DNA of 64,000 nucleotides from Perna viridis (taxonomy: Eukaryota): contig CM074511.1 in assembly GCA_037379345.1 (NCBI GenBank), positions 50,226,862 through 50,290,861 of the forward strand, read 5' to 3'. Shown one piece after another: positions 25,393 through 36,863 of this stretch. Each line of letters begins with the position of its first letter. The stretch's first letter is position 1. The notes beneath the pieces are model-generated. The model was not told the origin of the DNA. It was given only the letters and a program-made list of their open reading frames with translations, and searched no databases. Made by a program: the position numbers and the translations under genes.

Positions 25393-27612
25393 TTACGATG
25401 GAGCTGTCATCATTCGACCCGTCTGAGGAGGATTCTTAAATTCCCTGAAAATGGCTGATGTTGGTTTTGATTTGTCCATGAAGAGAGGTAGTCGGAAATT
25501 CTCGCGTTCTTTTAATAGTTCTATTTGTGATTGACGTTTTCCCTTTGGAGACATAGAAAATATGAGGTCGCTTACCTCCTTATCAATGAATTTACGCATC
25601 TGAAACGTTGTTTTACATTCGCCAGGAAATATTGTTCTTTCTCTAGTTAAAACAAAAGTCTTTTCCCTTCGTTTCAAACGTCGGGTGCTTCTTACATTTA
25701 CTACTTTATCATCGACAATTGTGTCAGTGTTTTGTCCTTTGAGTTTATGGACTAAACCTTTCCAGTTGATTGGGTTGTTCGTTGCGGCATTTCCCATGTG
25801 GGTTGTATCAAAGCGTAACGACGAAGCACTGCTTGATCTTCGTGTTTCATCCGTCATGGAGATCGCTGTGTTTTGTTTGGATGCTTCTTTTGATCTTGGT
25901 CGCTTCATGACACTTGGTGCAGTAGTTGGGGGTTTAAAATTTGAAGATATTGTCCCTGAAGCATTTGCTTTTGTCACTGTTTTTGGCGGCGTCGTTACAG
26001 AGTCTTTATAACTAGCAGTGACCGTATTGTCATCTTGCTTTCCAATGGACTTTGATGAGTTTCCGCTTTTTACTCTATTTGAAGCCAAAGTATTCTTCCC
26101 TCTAGATGTTGATGCTGATGTCTTTCCTCTAGACTTTGATGATGTTGAGATATCAGATCTTTCTCTTGACACTGACGGCATCGACAAATTTGTTTTTTCC
26201 CTAAGCCTTGTTAAGGGGGAAACGCTAGTGTGTTCTTTCTTAAAAGGTACTGTCTTTGCTTTATTCAAAGATCCTTGTTCTGAAATTTTCCTATCGTTTG
26301 CTTTCGAGTAAATTTGATTTGATTCTTCCGTTTCCGTCCTCTTTTTAATCTGATGGACAAGTTTAGATGCTGGCTTGAACATATTTTTATCGCGTTCGCT
26401 AAATTCTTTGTTTTGTTGAAAAATATTTTTCGCTACTTTACAATTTCGCATTTCTTGAACAGTTCTTTCTACCATTTGACCATTGGTTTGGTCATTCTTT
26501 GTTTCATTCAGTCTGTTTTGACTTGAAATGGCTTTATCTATTGCTTTGTCTTTACCGTGGTCAGAATTAACACAATTATTTTGTGGTCTACTGAATGAAC
26601 CAGAACGATCAAGTCCATTTTCACCCTCAGAATCAAATTCTTTTATTTCGCTTTCTATTTTCGCTTCAGTAGTAGTAGGTAAGATAAGAGAAACCAATTT
26701 CGTTACGTCTTGTTTTGAATCTTTGGAATTTGTTTTTTCTATATTATTCCCTTGGCTTCCGTTTTGGTCAACACTTGTATCACTTTCCTTCTCTTTAATA
26801 CTTTGCGAAGATTCGTTTTCTGAATTTAAATTAGAACCACCCGTTGTTATAGTTAACTTGTCCTTGTTATGGATTCTATTTTCAGTTATCATTTCATCAT
26901 TTCCGATCGACTGTCGTGGAATCTGCATATCGTTATAATTAATCCCTGAATGCGAACTTTTTTTGTTTTGAACGAAAGAATACTTTGGCGAGTTATTGTG
27001 AACTTCAGCAAAAGCAGCCTGTGCATTGTCTACATCACTATGTGCAGTGTCTTCATCAACAAGAGTGTCGAGATCCCATTTTGGCTCCTCGTGAATTGTT
27101 TCCGAGAGAAGATTTCCCCACGTATTTCCTTCTCCTGAAATAGAACTTAACTTTCGGCTTCTTCCGCTAGTTATACGCATGCGTTTGAAAATCGAAGATG
27201 GTGGGCGCGATTCTGTTTGTGATTGTATATCAGGTTCAGACTTTTCTATCGATATTGTCTTTCCTTTGAACCACATTTTCATTAAATCCCGTGCATCTAA
27301 ATGACAGTAACGATTTCGTTTTTGTGGGTGTAAAATAGGATCGTACTTGTCAAAGCTGTGCCGTTGGTAGATTTTCCGTAACGCAATCATATTTGTCAAA
27401 CATCGTCTTTCATTATTGATATTTCTATTTGCGTGTATCAGAACAAGTTGTTCGTCGTCTTTGATTTTCTTTCTCTCAAATTCCAGTAGATTTGACATGT
27501 GTTTATTTTTGGTTTTTGTGGTGAACATTATCTGTTTGCTAGAACGCATGATTGAGTCCATTCTTGATTCTCTCGAGAAGCCTAAACTGTGTTGTATCAG
27601 TTTTTGTGGCAT
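25393..27612 (-). CDS. Uncharacterised 739-aa protein; single coding exon; S/T/K/N-rich and largely disordered
   Basis: 2.2-kb uninterrupted ORF in AT-rich DNA. A splice acceptor at 27646-27647 and an in-frame TGA shortly before the ATG indicate non-coding upstream exon(s), with candidate donors at 27797 and 28790. No domain recognised. Confidence 0.85.
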   Translation of the reverse strand: MPQKLIQHSLGFSRESRMDSIMRSSKQIMFTTKTKNKHMSNLLEFERKKIKDDEQLVLIHANRNINNERRCLTNMIALRKIYQRHSFDKYDPILHPQKRNRYCHLDARDLMKMWFKGKTISIEKSEPDIQSQTESRPPSSIFKRMRITSGRSRKLSSISGEGNTWGNLLSETIHEEPKWDLDTLVDEDTAHSDVDNAQAAFAEVHNNSPKYSFVQNKKSSHSGINYNDMQIPRQSIGNDEMITENRIHNKDKLTITTGGSNLNSENESSQSIKEKESDTSVDQNGSQGNNIEKTNSKDSKQDVTKLVSLILPTTTEAKIESEIKEFDSEGENGLDRSGSFSRPQNNCVNSDHGKDKAIDKAISSQNRLNETKNDQTNGQMVERTVQEMRNCKVAKNIFQQNKEFSERDKNMFKPASKLVHQIKKRTETEESNQIYSKANDRKISEQGSLNKAKTVPFKKEHTSVSPLTRLREKTNLSMPSVSRERSDISTSSKSRGKTSASTSRGKNTLASNRVKSGNSSKSIGKQDDNTVTASYKDSVTTPPKTVTKANASGTISSNFKPPTTAPSVMKRPRSKEASKQNTAISMTDETRRSSSASSLRFDTTHMGNAATNNPINWKGLVHKLKGQNTDTIVDDKVVNVRSTRRLKRREKTFVLTRERTIFPGECKTTFQMRKFIDKEVSDLIFSMSPKGKRQSQIELLKERENFRLPLFMDKSKPTSAIFREFKNPPQTGRMMTAPS

Positions 27613-29861
27613 TTTGTGATGTTTTCACAAAAATCTTTCACGTATCTGAAATCAGAAATACGATTTGTATCGATATTCTGCTGCCTTTAAATTAATAATA
27701 ATTTTCATAAGAAACATTAAAAGAAGTTTTACATATTAATTCCTAGAACCTGATTGATAAACATATACAATAGATTAATGACAATTATAATACTTACTTC
27801 GACAGGGTTGTTCCTTTACATTATATAGAATCAACCATGGTAATATCCTAAGTATCAAACTCTCTACATTTCTGCCTCGTTGACAAAAGAATGCGTCAGT
27901 TTTTGACAACAATTCAAACCGAATGTATACCGTCAAACAATATTTCATCAATAACTATATATATATAGACATTATAGAATTCTATACAACAATATGTTTC
28001 AGTTAACCCTATGAACAACTTATGGAAAACTTCAATAAAAAGATATTAAAATTTGAATCTAGTCTTTAGCTGTTGCATTGTAAGATTCTATCATACAAAT
28101 ACTAATATGATCTCCTAAACAATGATAAATCAAAAATAGCTTGCAATATCTTCAAAAATTATCAATATATCGCCTTTGATAATACATGTATTTTTTGTTA
28201 TTGTACTTAAAATACTTACGGTCATTAATTAATATGTTATGGTGAACAATGAGGAACTTACTTTTATCTGTAGTTGTAAATAAAAACGTAAAACAATCAT
28301 TGGTTTTGCAATTTAATTGTTTCACAGTTGAAGATTGTCTATTGTTTTTTTTATTTGGAGTCAATAGGGTGAACGGATAGTGTTTTCTTCTAATAAAGTT
28401 ACAATTGTGAAATGGGTTGATTTTTTTTCTTGTAATTGTAATACGAGAATGAGCTTTAGTTTGACAAAGGTTTCGTTTCCATGTATATCATTTCTTCTTA
28501 GTAGTATCGCCTTACAAAAGAAAACATCAAACTTAGCAGTATTATGTTTCTACGGACGAGGACGAAGACATGGACGATAGCGCCATATCATTTTAAGACA
28601 GTATTTTATATCTGAAAGCGAAAAACAGACAATAATCCAAAAATCTTACTGGTTTTCCTTTTGCACTTTACGGTAACTTATCGCATCATATAATTAATAT
28701 TAAGTTGTAGTCAAAGCACAATTAATATTAGTTTAGAACGTATTGCCATTTGTGTCAAGTGAATATGACTGACAAAGATACAATGCTTACCTACAGATGA
28801 GTTCAGAAGCATCCAAATCATAATCTGGAAATCATACAATCATATGATCAAGTATACTATGATGTTTCATAAAATATATTCAATATTTTTGCCATTGTTA
28901 ATAAGTTTTCATAACACTAAATATTCGTCTTTTTTCGATTTTACCGTTTGTATCATGACAAAGGAGAATAAACATAGGGGTTGTACAAGTATTTTTGGAC
29001 TGGTTTTTATCAAATAGAGACTGAGTGATAAGTTTTGAAGATCGATCAAAATTCCTGTTTCTTTTCTGTTTAACATTTTACAAAGACCAAATGTACACAG
29101 TAGCTATTGACAATTTATTGCGGCTGTTTTATAGTTGTTATAGGCATCCGTCACTACCGCAGCATTTTACGTCATTCGGTCGCATAAACATTTAAAAGGA
29201 TACCATATTATTTGTAAAATTCGAATAATCGATATTATTTTGGGTTTTTTTTCTGTTGTGCTTTTAAAAGTATAGAAGTGGGTACAACAAAACTTTTTTT
29301 TTAATGTTGAAAAGTAACTAGACTGTGATACGTGCTATATTTTTGATAATGAGATAATAAAAAACTTACAACGTATTTCTAACTAAAAACTCCGAATTTG
29401 AAGGTATTACATAAATACATACGGTACTTGAATTATCCCACTACTGACCCTTGGTTTTTTTCTTCTTTTTTTAAACGACATTCAGCTATAAATGCTCTTT
29501 TGGACTAATCTACTTAGGCGATTTCTAAGCTTGAATCCGACTGTCCGTTTTCTCTCGATTATATTTTCATCTGCATTTAAATCTCGGCTATGTTTTTAAG
29601 GTATACCAGGCTAATACGTTGATATATGGGTACTTCTTTAATTTTTATTCGATATTCATCCAGCAGAGGCTAATGTATCCCACTTGATACATGTAAGTTG
29701 TAACGGGCTATCATTGTCTTTCATAGGGTGACCACGACAATCTCAGAAGATCAGCATACCTGATGGTGGCGCCAGACAATTGTCATTTGCATCTGCTATC
29801 TTCTTTTTTTCTTTGGGGGGGGGTGCTTTTTACCGTGTTTATTTGGTATTTTTTTTCGTAT

Positions 29862-29952
29862 TGTTTTGTTTTGTTTTTGTTTTTGTTTTTGTTTTTGTTT
29901 TTTGTTTTTTGTTTTTGTTTTTGTTTGTTTGTTCGTTTGTTTGTTTGTTTTT
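29862..29952. repeat. (GTTTTT)n/(GTTT)n simple repeat
   Basis: Long G/T simple-sequence tract; source of the Phe-rich spurious ORFs. Confidence 0.85.
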
Positions 29953-30280
29953 TTTTCCTATTTTGTTTTAGTCCGGATTTGATAAGCTTCCATGTTCAGC
30001 ATTTGCAATATATTTTATTTTTTATACGTTAAGATGCGAACGTGTGGACGAATATTGTGAGCATACTCCCCTTTTCATCCCATTATATAGTTTACTCTTC
30101 TGGATATCTGCTTGCCTTATTTACACTTGTTTGTATTCATCTCTCAGTTTTCAGTGGAAAATATATTTAAGTTTCCGATTAAAAACGAAGCTGTTTTTTA
30201 ATGAAGTCATTTAGTTTCTTTCTTTTATTTCCTTTTTAGATATAGCAATAGTAATAAGTCCCTTACCAATCTATTATTTT

Positions 30281-32686
30281 CTACACAGTTATTTTTCTTT
30301 TATAAGAAAAGAGAAAAAAATCGTTTTGATATACCTCCTCTATTCCTTGTAAGATTTTCTTGTCAACAGCAGCGTATGCATCTCTAAAATGTTTTTGTCT
30401 TTGGTTGCGTTTTTCTATCGAGGATAAAATTTTTTCATTATGTTTCGAGTCAAAAATCTCAACAATTTTCGATTCGTTACGATATGATAAATTTTCAAAC
30501 AAATCCGCATTGAACACGGTGTCATCGCTTATGAGACCTTGTGATTGTAGTGAGACCCAGAGTCTTTTCATTGTGTCAATAAAACTCACATATCTACTTT
30601 TTTCACGATGCTCAGACGTAAACTGTCGAGCTAATTTTCCCACTTCGTCTACACTGTGTTTGTCTGACAAAATAGAATACAAAGTTGCACTACTGTTGAA
30701 ATGATTAGGAAGCACTTCTCCAAGTACAAATGATGAATCCTCAACGAACGATTCCATCTGCAGGACATATGTGTATTTATATCTACAAACACGACATAAA
30801 TTACTGATTGGCATCCAGTGGGGGTCCAAGTCATGTCCTTTTTTATAATTAGAAATTATGTACTTCAAAAACTGTTGAAAGGTTGGGATTTTTCCGCTAT
30901 ATTCACCACGCTCCCCTAACATCACTTGTGCATTATGAATGAAACTGGTCTGAAGACGAAAAATCTTATCCATGTAGGCAGAATAAATCCTATGCCAGGG
31001 ATTTCTTGTTACAAGCATTAAGATATCTCTTGATTTTGGTCTCCAATTTCTTAAGATTACCTTTTCTTGGAGAGATCCATGAATGGTCTCTCTATTTATC
31101 TTTTCAAAGTGGTCTACTTTAACAAAGCCAGCCATTGCCAAGAAAGCTTGTGTCCAGTATGTTGAACCACATTTGGGTACTTTGCACAAGTGGTGCGAAT
31201 GGGCTTTCAGCAATATAGGTATTCTGGCATTATAAATAGGACTATTTCCTCTTTGTGAAATGAGTTTACAATTTCGCAGTAAATCGTTTGCTCTTTTCTT
31301 CATTCTTGCTTCGAAAACAGCCTTATCCGTTGCTAACAAATCATCTGAAATGCAAAATATCTTATTATAGTTTCTGAAATACAGAAATGTCAAAGTTTGT
31401 AGTAACATTGCAGTGGTTGCCCTACATTTACATCAACATTATTATTATTGATATACTGACAAATACATAGCACTCAATTCCATATCAATGGAATGAATGC
31501 CGTCTTTGATATAATGCCTTGATAATATCATGCCTTGATAATATCATACCTTGTTTTAAACTACGTGATACTTGGATCTTTTTATTTACAATAGTTTCAA
31601 CTGGTGTAGAAATGGTCCTTTCTGGAAAAAAAATATATATTTAAGTAATGATTATAATGACAACATGGAATCATGCACATAAACCTTATGAAACGTGTGT
31701 CTAACGTTATTGAACAGGTATACGGAGATCACCATGAAAATAAATATACTTGATGGAAGACGAGTAATCACGAGCATATTTAGGCAAATTATGTTTTTAA
31801 CCCTGCAGTCATTAACTACTAAATCATAAAAAATATTAATATAGATTTTAAGTATTTTTGAGTAATTACACTTTTGTTGTATGAAAAAATGAGAAAAAAC
31901 AATATTGTCCCCATGTACAGTTTCTGAAGTTGCACTCTTTTGAGCAATCGGAAACCATCGAGTTCGTAGCATTACAAAACTGAAAAAAATTCAAAGTATG
32001 GTTTTTTAATTTTCATTTGATGGAGAAATTTCTGAGACTTCTGGCCACGCCAAATTAACTCGTTGGATTAGCCGTGTATTAACATTCGATGTTGATCCTC
32101 GCCAAGCATGAGATTTATCTACATAGTAATGCACTAGCAAGTAAGATGGTCTAATTTCCACGAAATTCCACTCGACCAGCTAGGCTATATGAAAACACGC
32201 CCTTCGTAGCTTAAATATATGGTTATTACATCGTATATGATGTTTTCTAGTACAGGACAGCCCATCTAGGAATTATTATTCAGCATAGAGGATCAAATTA
32301 ATGATACATATCACAACAAAATTAATATTATACAAACGTCTCATATCGTGACTACTGTATTCACTACACTGCTCCATCGAAGGGCGCTGGATTTAGTGCA
32401 GATGGTATTGCCATAAATGGCACAGAGGTACGAGATCGAGTTCCGCGGAGGGAACAACCGAAAATTTGTTTTTGCATAAATAATGATCCGATGGAATCGT
32501 GAAGTGCATATAGTAGTCACATTCTAAGACGTATGCATATAACTATATATAAGATTAGATAAATCCTATAAAAAAGAAGTTTTCTTCTTTTGTGTTATAC
32601 CTACGTTTCAAATTCGCCAGTTGAACGAACAATAGGATACTGAGTAAAGTGAATCCACCAATGATCTGTTTGTTAGCAATTTTCAT
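30281..32686 (-). CDS. Golgi carbohydrate sulfotransferase (CHST11-like, Sulfotransfer_2 family), about 405 aa, 3 coding exons
   Basis: Exons 32605-32686 (MKIANKQIIGGFTLLSILLFVQLANLK, a type II anchor), 31550-31621 (stem) and 30281-31344 (catalytic); phases 1/1, total 1218 nt. Motifs: 5'-PSB CKVPKCGSTYW, 3'-PB VTRNPWHRIYSAYMDK, PTFQQF, LDPHW...C..C, and terminal YQNDFFLFSY. Confidence 0.9.
32383..32470 (+). mobile_element. tRNA-derived SINE fragment
   Basis: GGCGCTGGATTTAGTGCAGATGGTATTGCCATA matches 1027-1059 and continues into a B-box-like GAGATCGAGTTCC. Confidence 0.5.
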
Positions 32687-33908
32687 CCTGCACAAAAAAT
32701 CTTGGTACTATAAAACACAACATAATCTTGTGTCACCTATTTGTGTTGTCTTGATCCATTCATTTCTATTCTTTTTGGTTCCGATTTTTACCGGATCCAA
32801 TGACTTCTGTTACGAGCGCTTGATAGACTTATTATCTATCGTAAGCAAAATAAAAACGAGGTGGGCAGTAAAGAGTCAAAAGTGAAAACAGCAAAACACG
32901 CGATTCTGACACTGAGGAATTCTAAAGTATAATACTGTACGGTATCCACGTATATCACTCTATATGGTGAGATATTGAGTGGTGTTCAAGAATTAATTCT
33001 TTTTTGCCAAGATCATAGACAAGTTTTACAGCCAAATCATAATTGGCTCGTCAAGCGTTCTAATTGAGTAGCTACCTGAGCTACCACACTGATAGAATGT
33101 CCACTGTAAATGCTTTATTACCTATATATTTTTGTTGTATCTTTATTTGTTGTTATTCCTATTTAAGATCATTTAGTTACTAGCCAGTTTGCACCTTTGG
33201 GCCAATCATACTTAGCCTATACCTCTTTTTTCTCGTGCCGTAGAATTATATTCATATATCATAGTTTTTATACGTTTGGGCACCAAAGGGTATGATGTGT
33301 GAATGGTCTGATTATCATTTTATATGATCTCTGAATACCGAAGAGCTTATTACTAAATTAGAAGAAAATCAAATACCTCATTTTTGATTCATAAAGTTAT
33401 AATCAAGTGTTATATAAAAATTAACAGACTTTTTTGTTAGAAAATGTTGATAATTCTTTTATAAAACTAGAGCAAAAATGCTTTGTCGGAACTGTAAGAG
33501 GATCCAATGACGGGTTTGCTTCGTTGTTATAAATGTAGCTCCGCAAAATTAGAGTAAGCCACTAGGGTTACATTGTTGCAGCTACCCAAGGTCCCTTAAC
33601 GAAGAATACTAAACCAAATAAGTTCCCTTTTCTAGAAAATGGACAAATATCTCATGCTATAAAATCACTACACAATTTTAGAAGATTACGTTGTAGGTGT
33701 ATATTGCGGGTTGTATATGGCTTCACTCAAATCTATGTCGCTTTGGTTGTTGTTAAGGACATTATTGATTCGAATTTGATTTTCCGGGAGGAGTTGTTAT
33801 CATCTTATTTCTCGAGCATTCCAAATACGATTTGTAGGGTCTTTATGGAAATGTGCGAAATAAAACTAAAAGCTGAGAAAAAGTCTCAGTTACATACGTG
33901 TTCTCTCT

Positions 33909-33919
33909 GTGTGTGTGTG

Positions 33920-33934
<15 letters not shown>
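33909..33934. repeat. (GT)n microsatellite followed by poly-T
   Basis: About 13 GT units followed by a T run. Confidence 0.9.
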
Positions 33935-33950
<16 letters not shown>

Positions 33951-36187
33951 TGCTTGAAAGTTTACATTAAAAATGAAATGATCGGTTAGCATTGAACATT
34001 ACCCAGTTTCCGATTCTGACACAGGAGCTCGTTTACAATTGACTATATAGGTCATATACATTATCAGGACCCCAATATCTTTATATAGCCATTGCCAGTA
34101 ACCTGTTCTTTTGAATGAAAACATTCGGGTCATTACGGTTATACGAAAGAGTAATCATATCAAGGGTACCAAGATTCTATCGGAAGTCACCCGATTTTAG
34201 AGCATATTGCATTCGTGCCATTTCGAATGTTGAAAGTAAGCCAAAATTTGACGATTAGCGACTTAAGAAATTCCCATTAGGTGTAATACAATTTTAATTT
34301 CAGCTATGTCTGTTTGAATGTTGGAACAGCTATTTGATGTAAATACAAAATCAGAGACTGAAGTCATCAAAGTCGCTACTCGCCGCTGATTTGGACAGTG
34401 GCAACGCTTGACGCACCAATTGTGGTATGCCTGTTAACATATTTTTTTGTGATGAACCTTATTTAGAACAAAACTTAGCGCGGCCTCATCGTATAGCCTT
34501 TTATAATTTTTAATGAGAAGTAGCAAACCTGATATTATGCAAGAAAAAGGTACGAAAAAGAGCCCGTTTAAATTGTATGAATGAAACAGTAGATAAATAT
34601 CTTTTACTTTTATAACATGTTAATTAAATAATGATCTTATACAAACTTCGTTCATTATGGCATCCATTTAAATCATTATTTTTATCGGAAGATTAAAAAA
34701 AGAAATTATGTAGTAATGAAAGTGTTTTTGCTATTGTTCGTAAAAAAACTGCTACGATATATTATGGAGAAGAAATAGAATTTTGTACTTACTTTCATTT
34801 TTATTTGTATGTATATAACCTCTCATACTACTTTAAGAACGATACATACTTAGCTTTATCAACAAAAAAAAAAAAAAAAAAAGAAACAATGCATACTTAA
34901 AATATAATAGGTGTCAGTCTACATATTCATGTAGTGAGATTCTAATAAAATTTTAAATCAAACATGATTTTAAAAAATTCTGAAAATAGAATTAACAAAT
35001 TACCTTTTCTATAAGTGAACATGCATCCCGACAAAAAATTTAAGCCACATAAGACAGAACATAGATACAGCCCCGGGGCGTAGTTGTCATGTTTTATTAC
35101 GTCCCGGTTCCTTGAATTGCATAAGTTACCAACCATTAAAGAGGGGGACTGGAATGTTAGAATATTATTTCCGATATTTGAATACTTAAGTTCTTATTTG
35201 CAATACTACGCTTATATGCCAAAAACGTCACTCCGACCAGAATCTGCAGAACAAAGTACACATGAATGAATGTTTATTAACAGCCGTTACAATTAGACCG
35301 AAAGTTTGTCGAAATATATATTGGTTTGCCAAATACCTCGGATATATATGTCTAGAAAGCTTAGTGCACGTTTTCAGAATATATGGTAGCCTACATAACT
35401 TAATTTTTGTCAAACACAACACGCAATTTTTATAATTCACTTCAATTTTGTAGGCATTTTTGTGTAATGAAATAGAGTAAGGCCATTTATTCTTAATTTG
35501 TTGATGATCGTTTTTGTTTTGTTTGTTTGTTTGTTTGTATGTAAGAAGTTAACATTGAACTCTTTGATTCATATTTAAATTCACCATTCTAATTATGAAG
35601 AACATTGAAAACACATACATATAAAAAATCAAGATGTAGCAGTCCACCAGCTGGTGTCATACATTAGCCAGGCTCAATATCGGTTTACATGGAAAAACTT
35701 GGATGAATGAACACAAAACTCTCCGACATTATCCTAAGTGCCACCACACATCAAGTAACCGAATGCTGATTCAGTTGGGGTATAAAATTTTGGGGAGCAT
35801 TCAGTAACATAGAGTGTGTACAAACCAGAGAAGACGGGCGGGGGGGGGCATAAAATGGGGGGGGGGGCGTAAAATGAAACTTTCCTGACATACAGCATCT
35901 AAAAGCTTGGCAAACCAGGTTAAAAGTCAATTATCAAGGATGGAAATAAATACCTTCCAATCGGAAGCGAGTTTGCAGCAAATGCCTAAACTGTGTCAAA
36001 GAACATTACAATCAGTTGAAATACGCCTCTCTTCATCCAAAGCAGTTCGAGAAGTAAATGTGATTAATCATTCTCGTTGCTTCTCGCGTGATGTCGCTCA
36101 GGATATGACACTATGTAACCGAATGCTGATTCAGTTTGGGCATAAAATTTTGGTTCCGCAATGGATGAAATTAGGTGCGTAACCTGC

Positions 36188-36850
36188 GATACTACAGACA
36201 CTGTAAGGTCAGCCTCATAGTTTGACCTACACTTAGAAATCGATGGTAAAGGAAAACTACAGTCCAAACTTTACGACAAACGTGATGACTTTTCATTCAG
36301 AATGGTCAACTTTCCTTTCATCTGTGGCAACATCCCTCCAGCACCAGCGTATGGAGTGTTCATATCACAACTCATACGTTATGCCAGAGCTTGCCGAAAC
36401 TATGCAGACTTTTTGTATCGCGCTAGAACTCTAACAAATGGGCTTCTGGCTTCTGGGACAAGGTTATGTTGCTACAAGATTGAAGTCATCACTACAGAAG
36501 TTTTATGGTCTTCATCATGAACTCGTGGATCGTTATGTTGTATCCATCTGCACCATGAAAACTGATTTATTCAACGGGTCATAGTTTTCCTTTCCTCGTT
36601 TGTCTACCCCGCACTTGACTTTTTATGAGCAATTCGGCGGTTGTTTCTAGAAAAGCAGAGAACGCTTACCCTACCGGTGCACCTGGTCCATGCTCCCAGT
36701 TTTTAGTGGAGTCCGAGTTGCTCAATTGTTTTTGTTACTTTGTATGTATGATTTTAGTTACTTCATGTTCTTTGTTGTGTATGTCTGTTTTCTATGTCTG
36801 GTCTTTGTCCCTGGCTTTTGATTACCGCTACAACCTAGGTTCTCTTGATT
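36188..36850 (+). mobile_element. 5'-truncated Penelope-like retroelement fragment (RT C-terminal region plus 3' tail), disrupted
   Basis: Translates as DTTDTVRSAS*FDLHLEIDGKGKLQSKLYDKRDDFSFRMVNFPFICGNIPPAPAYGVFISQLIRYARAC... After a 7-bp duplication/frameshift (GGCTTCT) it continues QGYVATRLKSSLQKFYGLHHELVDRY. These motifs and the GCTTACCCTACCGGTGCACCTG tail are typical of an abundant bivalve RT family. Confidence 0.8.
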
Positions 36851-36863
36851 AATCTTCCATAAT

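Noticed and set aside
25685-27619. Several + strand ORFs of 62-136 aa
   Set aside because: Antisense shadows of the 739-aa ORF.
29763-30032. Phe-rich ORFs (also 1906-2154)
   Set aside because: Translations of G/T simple repeats.
30360-30834. 114-aa (+) and 61-aa (-) ORFs
   Set aside because: Antisense or alternative-frame shadows of the sulfotransferase exon.
31652-31972. Hydrophobic ORF (MLVITRLPSSIFIFMVISVYLF) as the sulfotransferase anchor exon
   Set aside because: Its donor is phase 0 and does not fit the phase-1 next exon; exon 32605-32686 fits.
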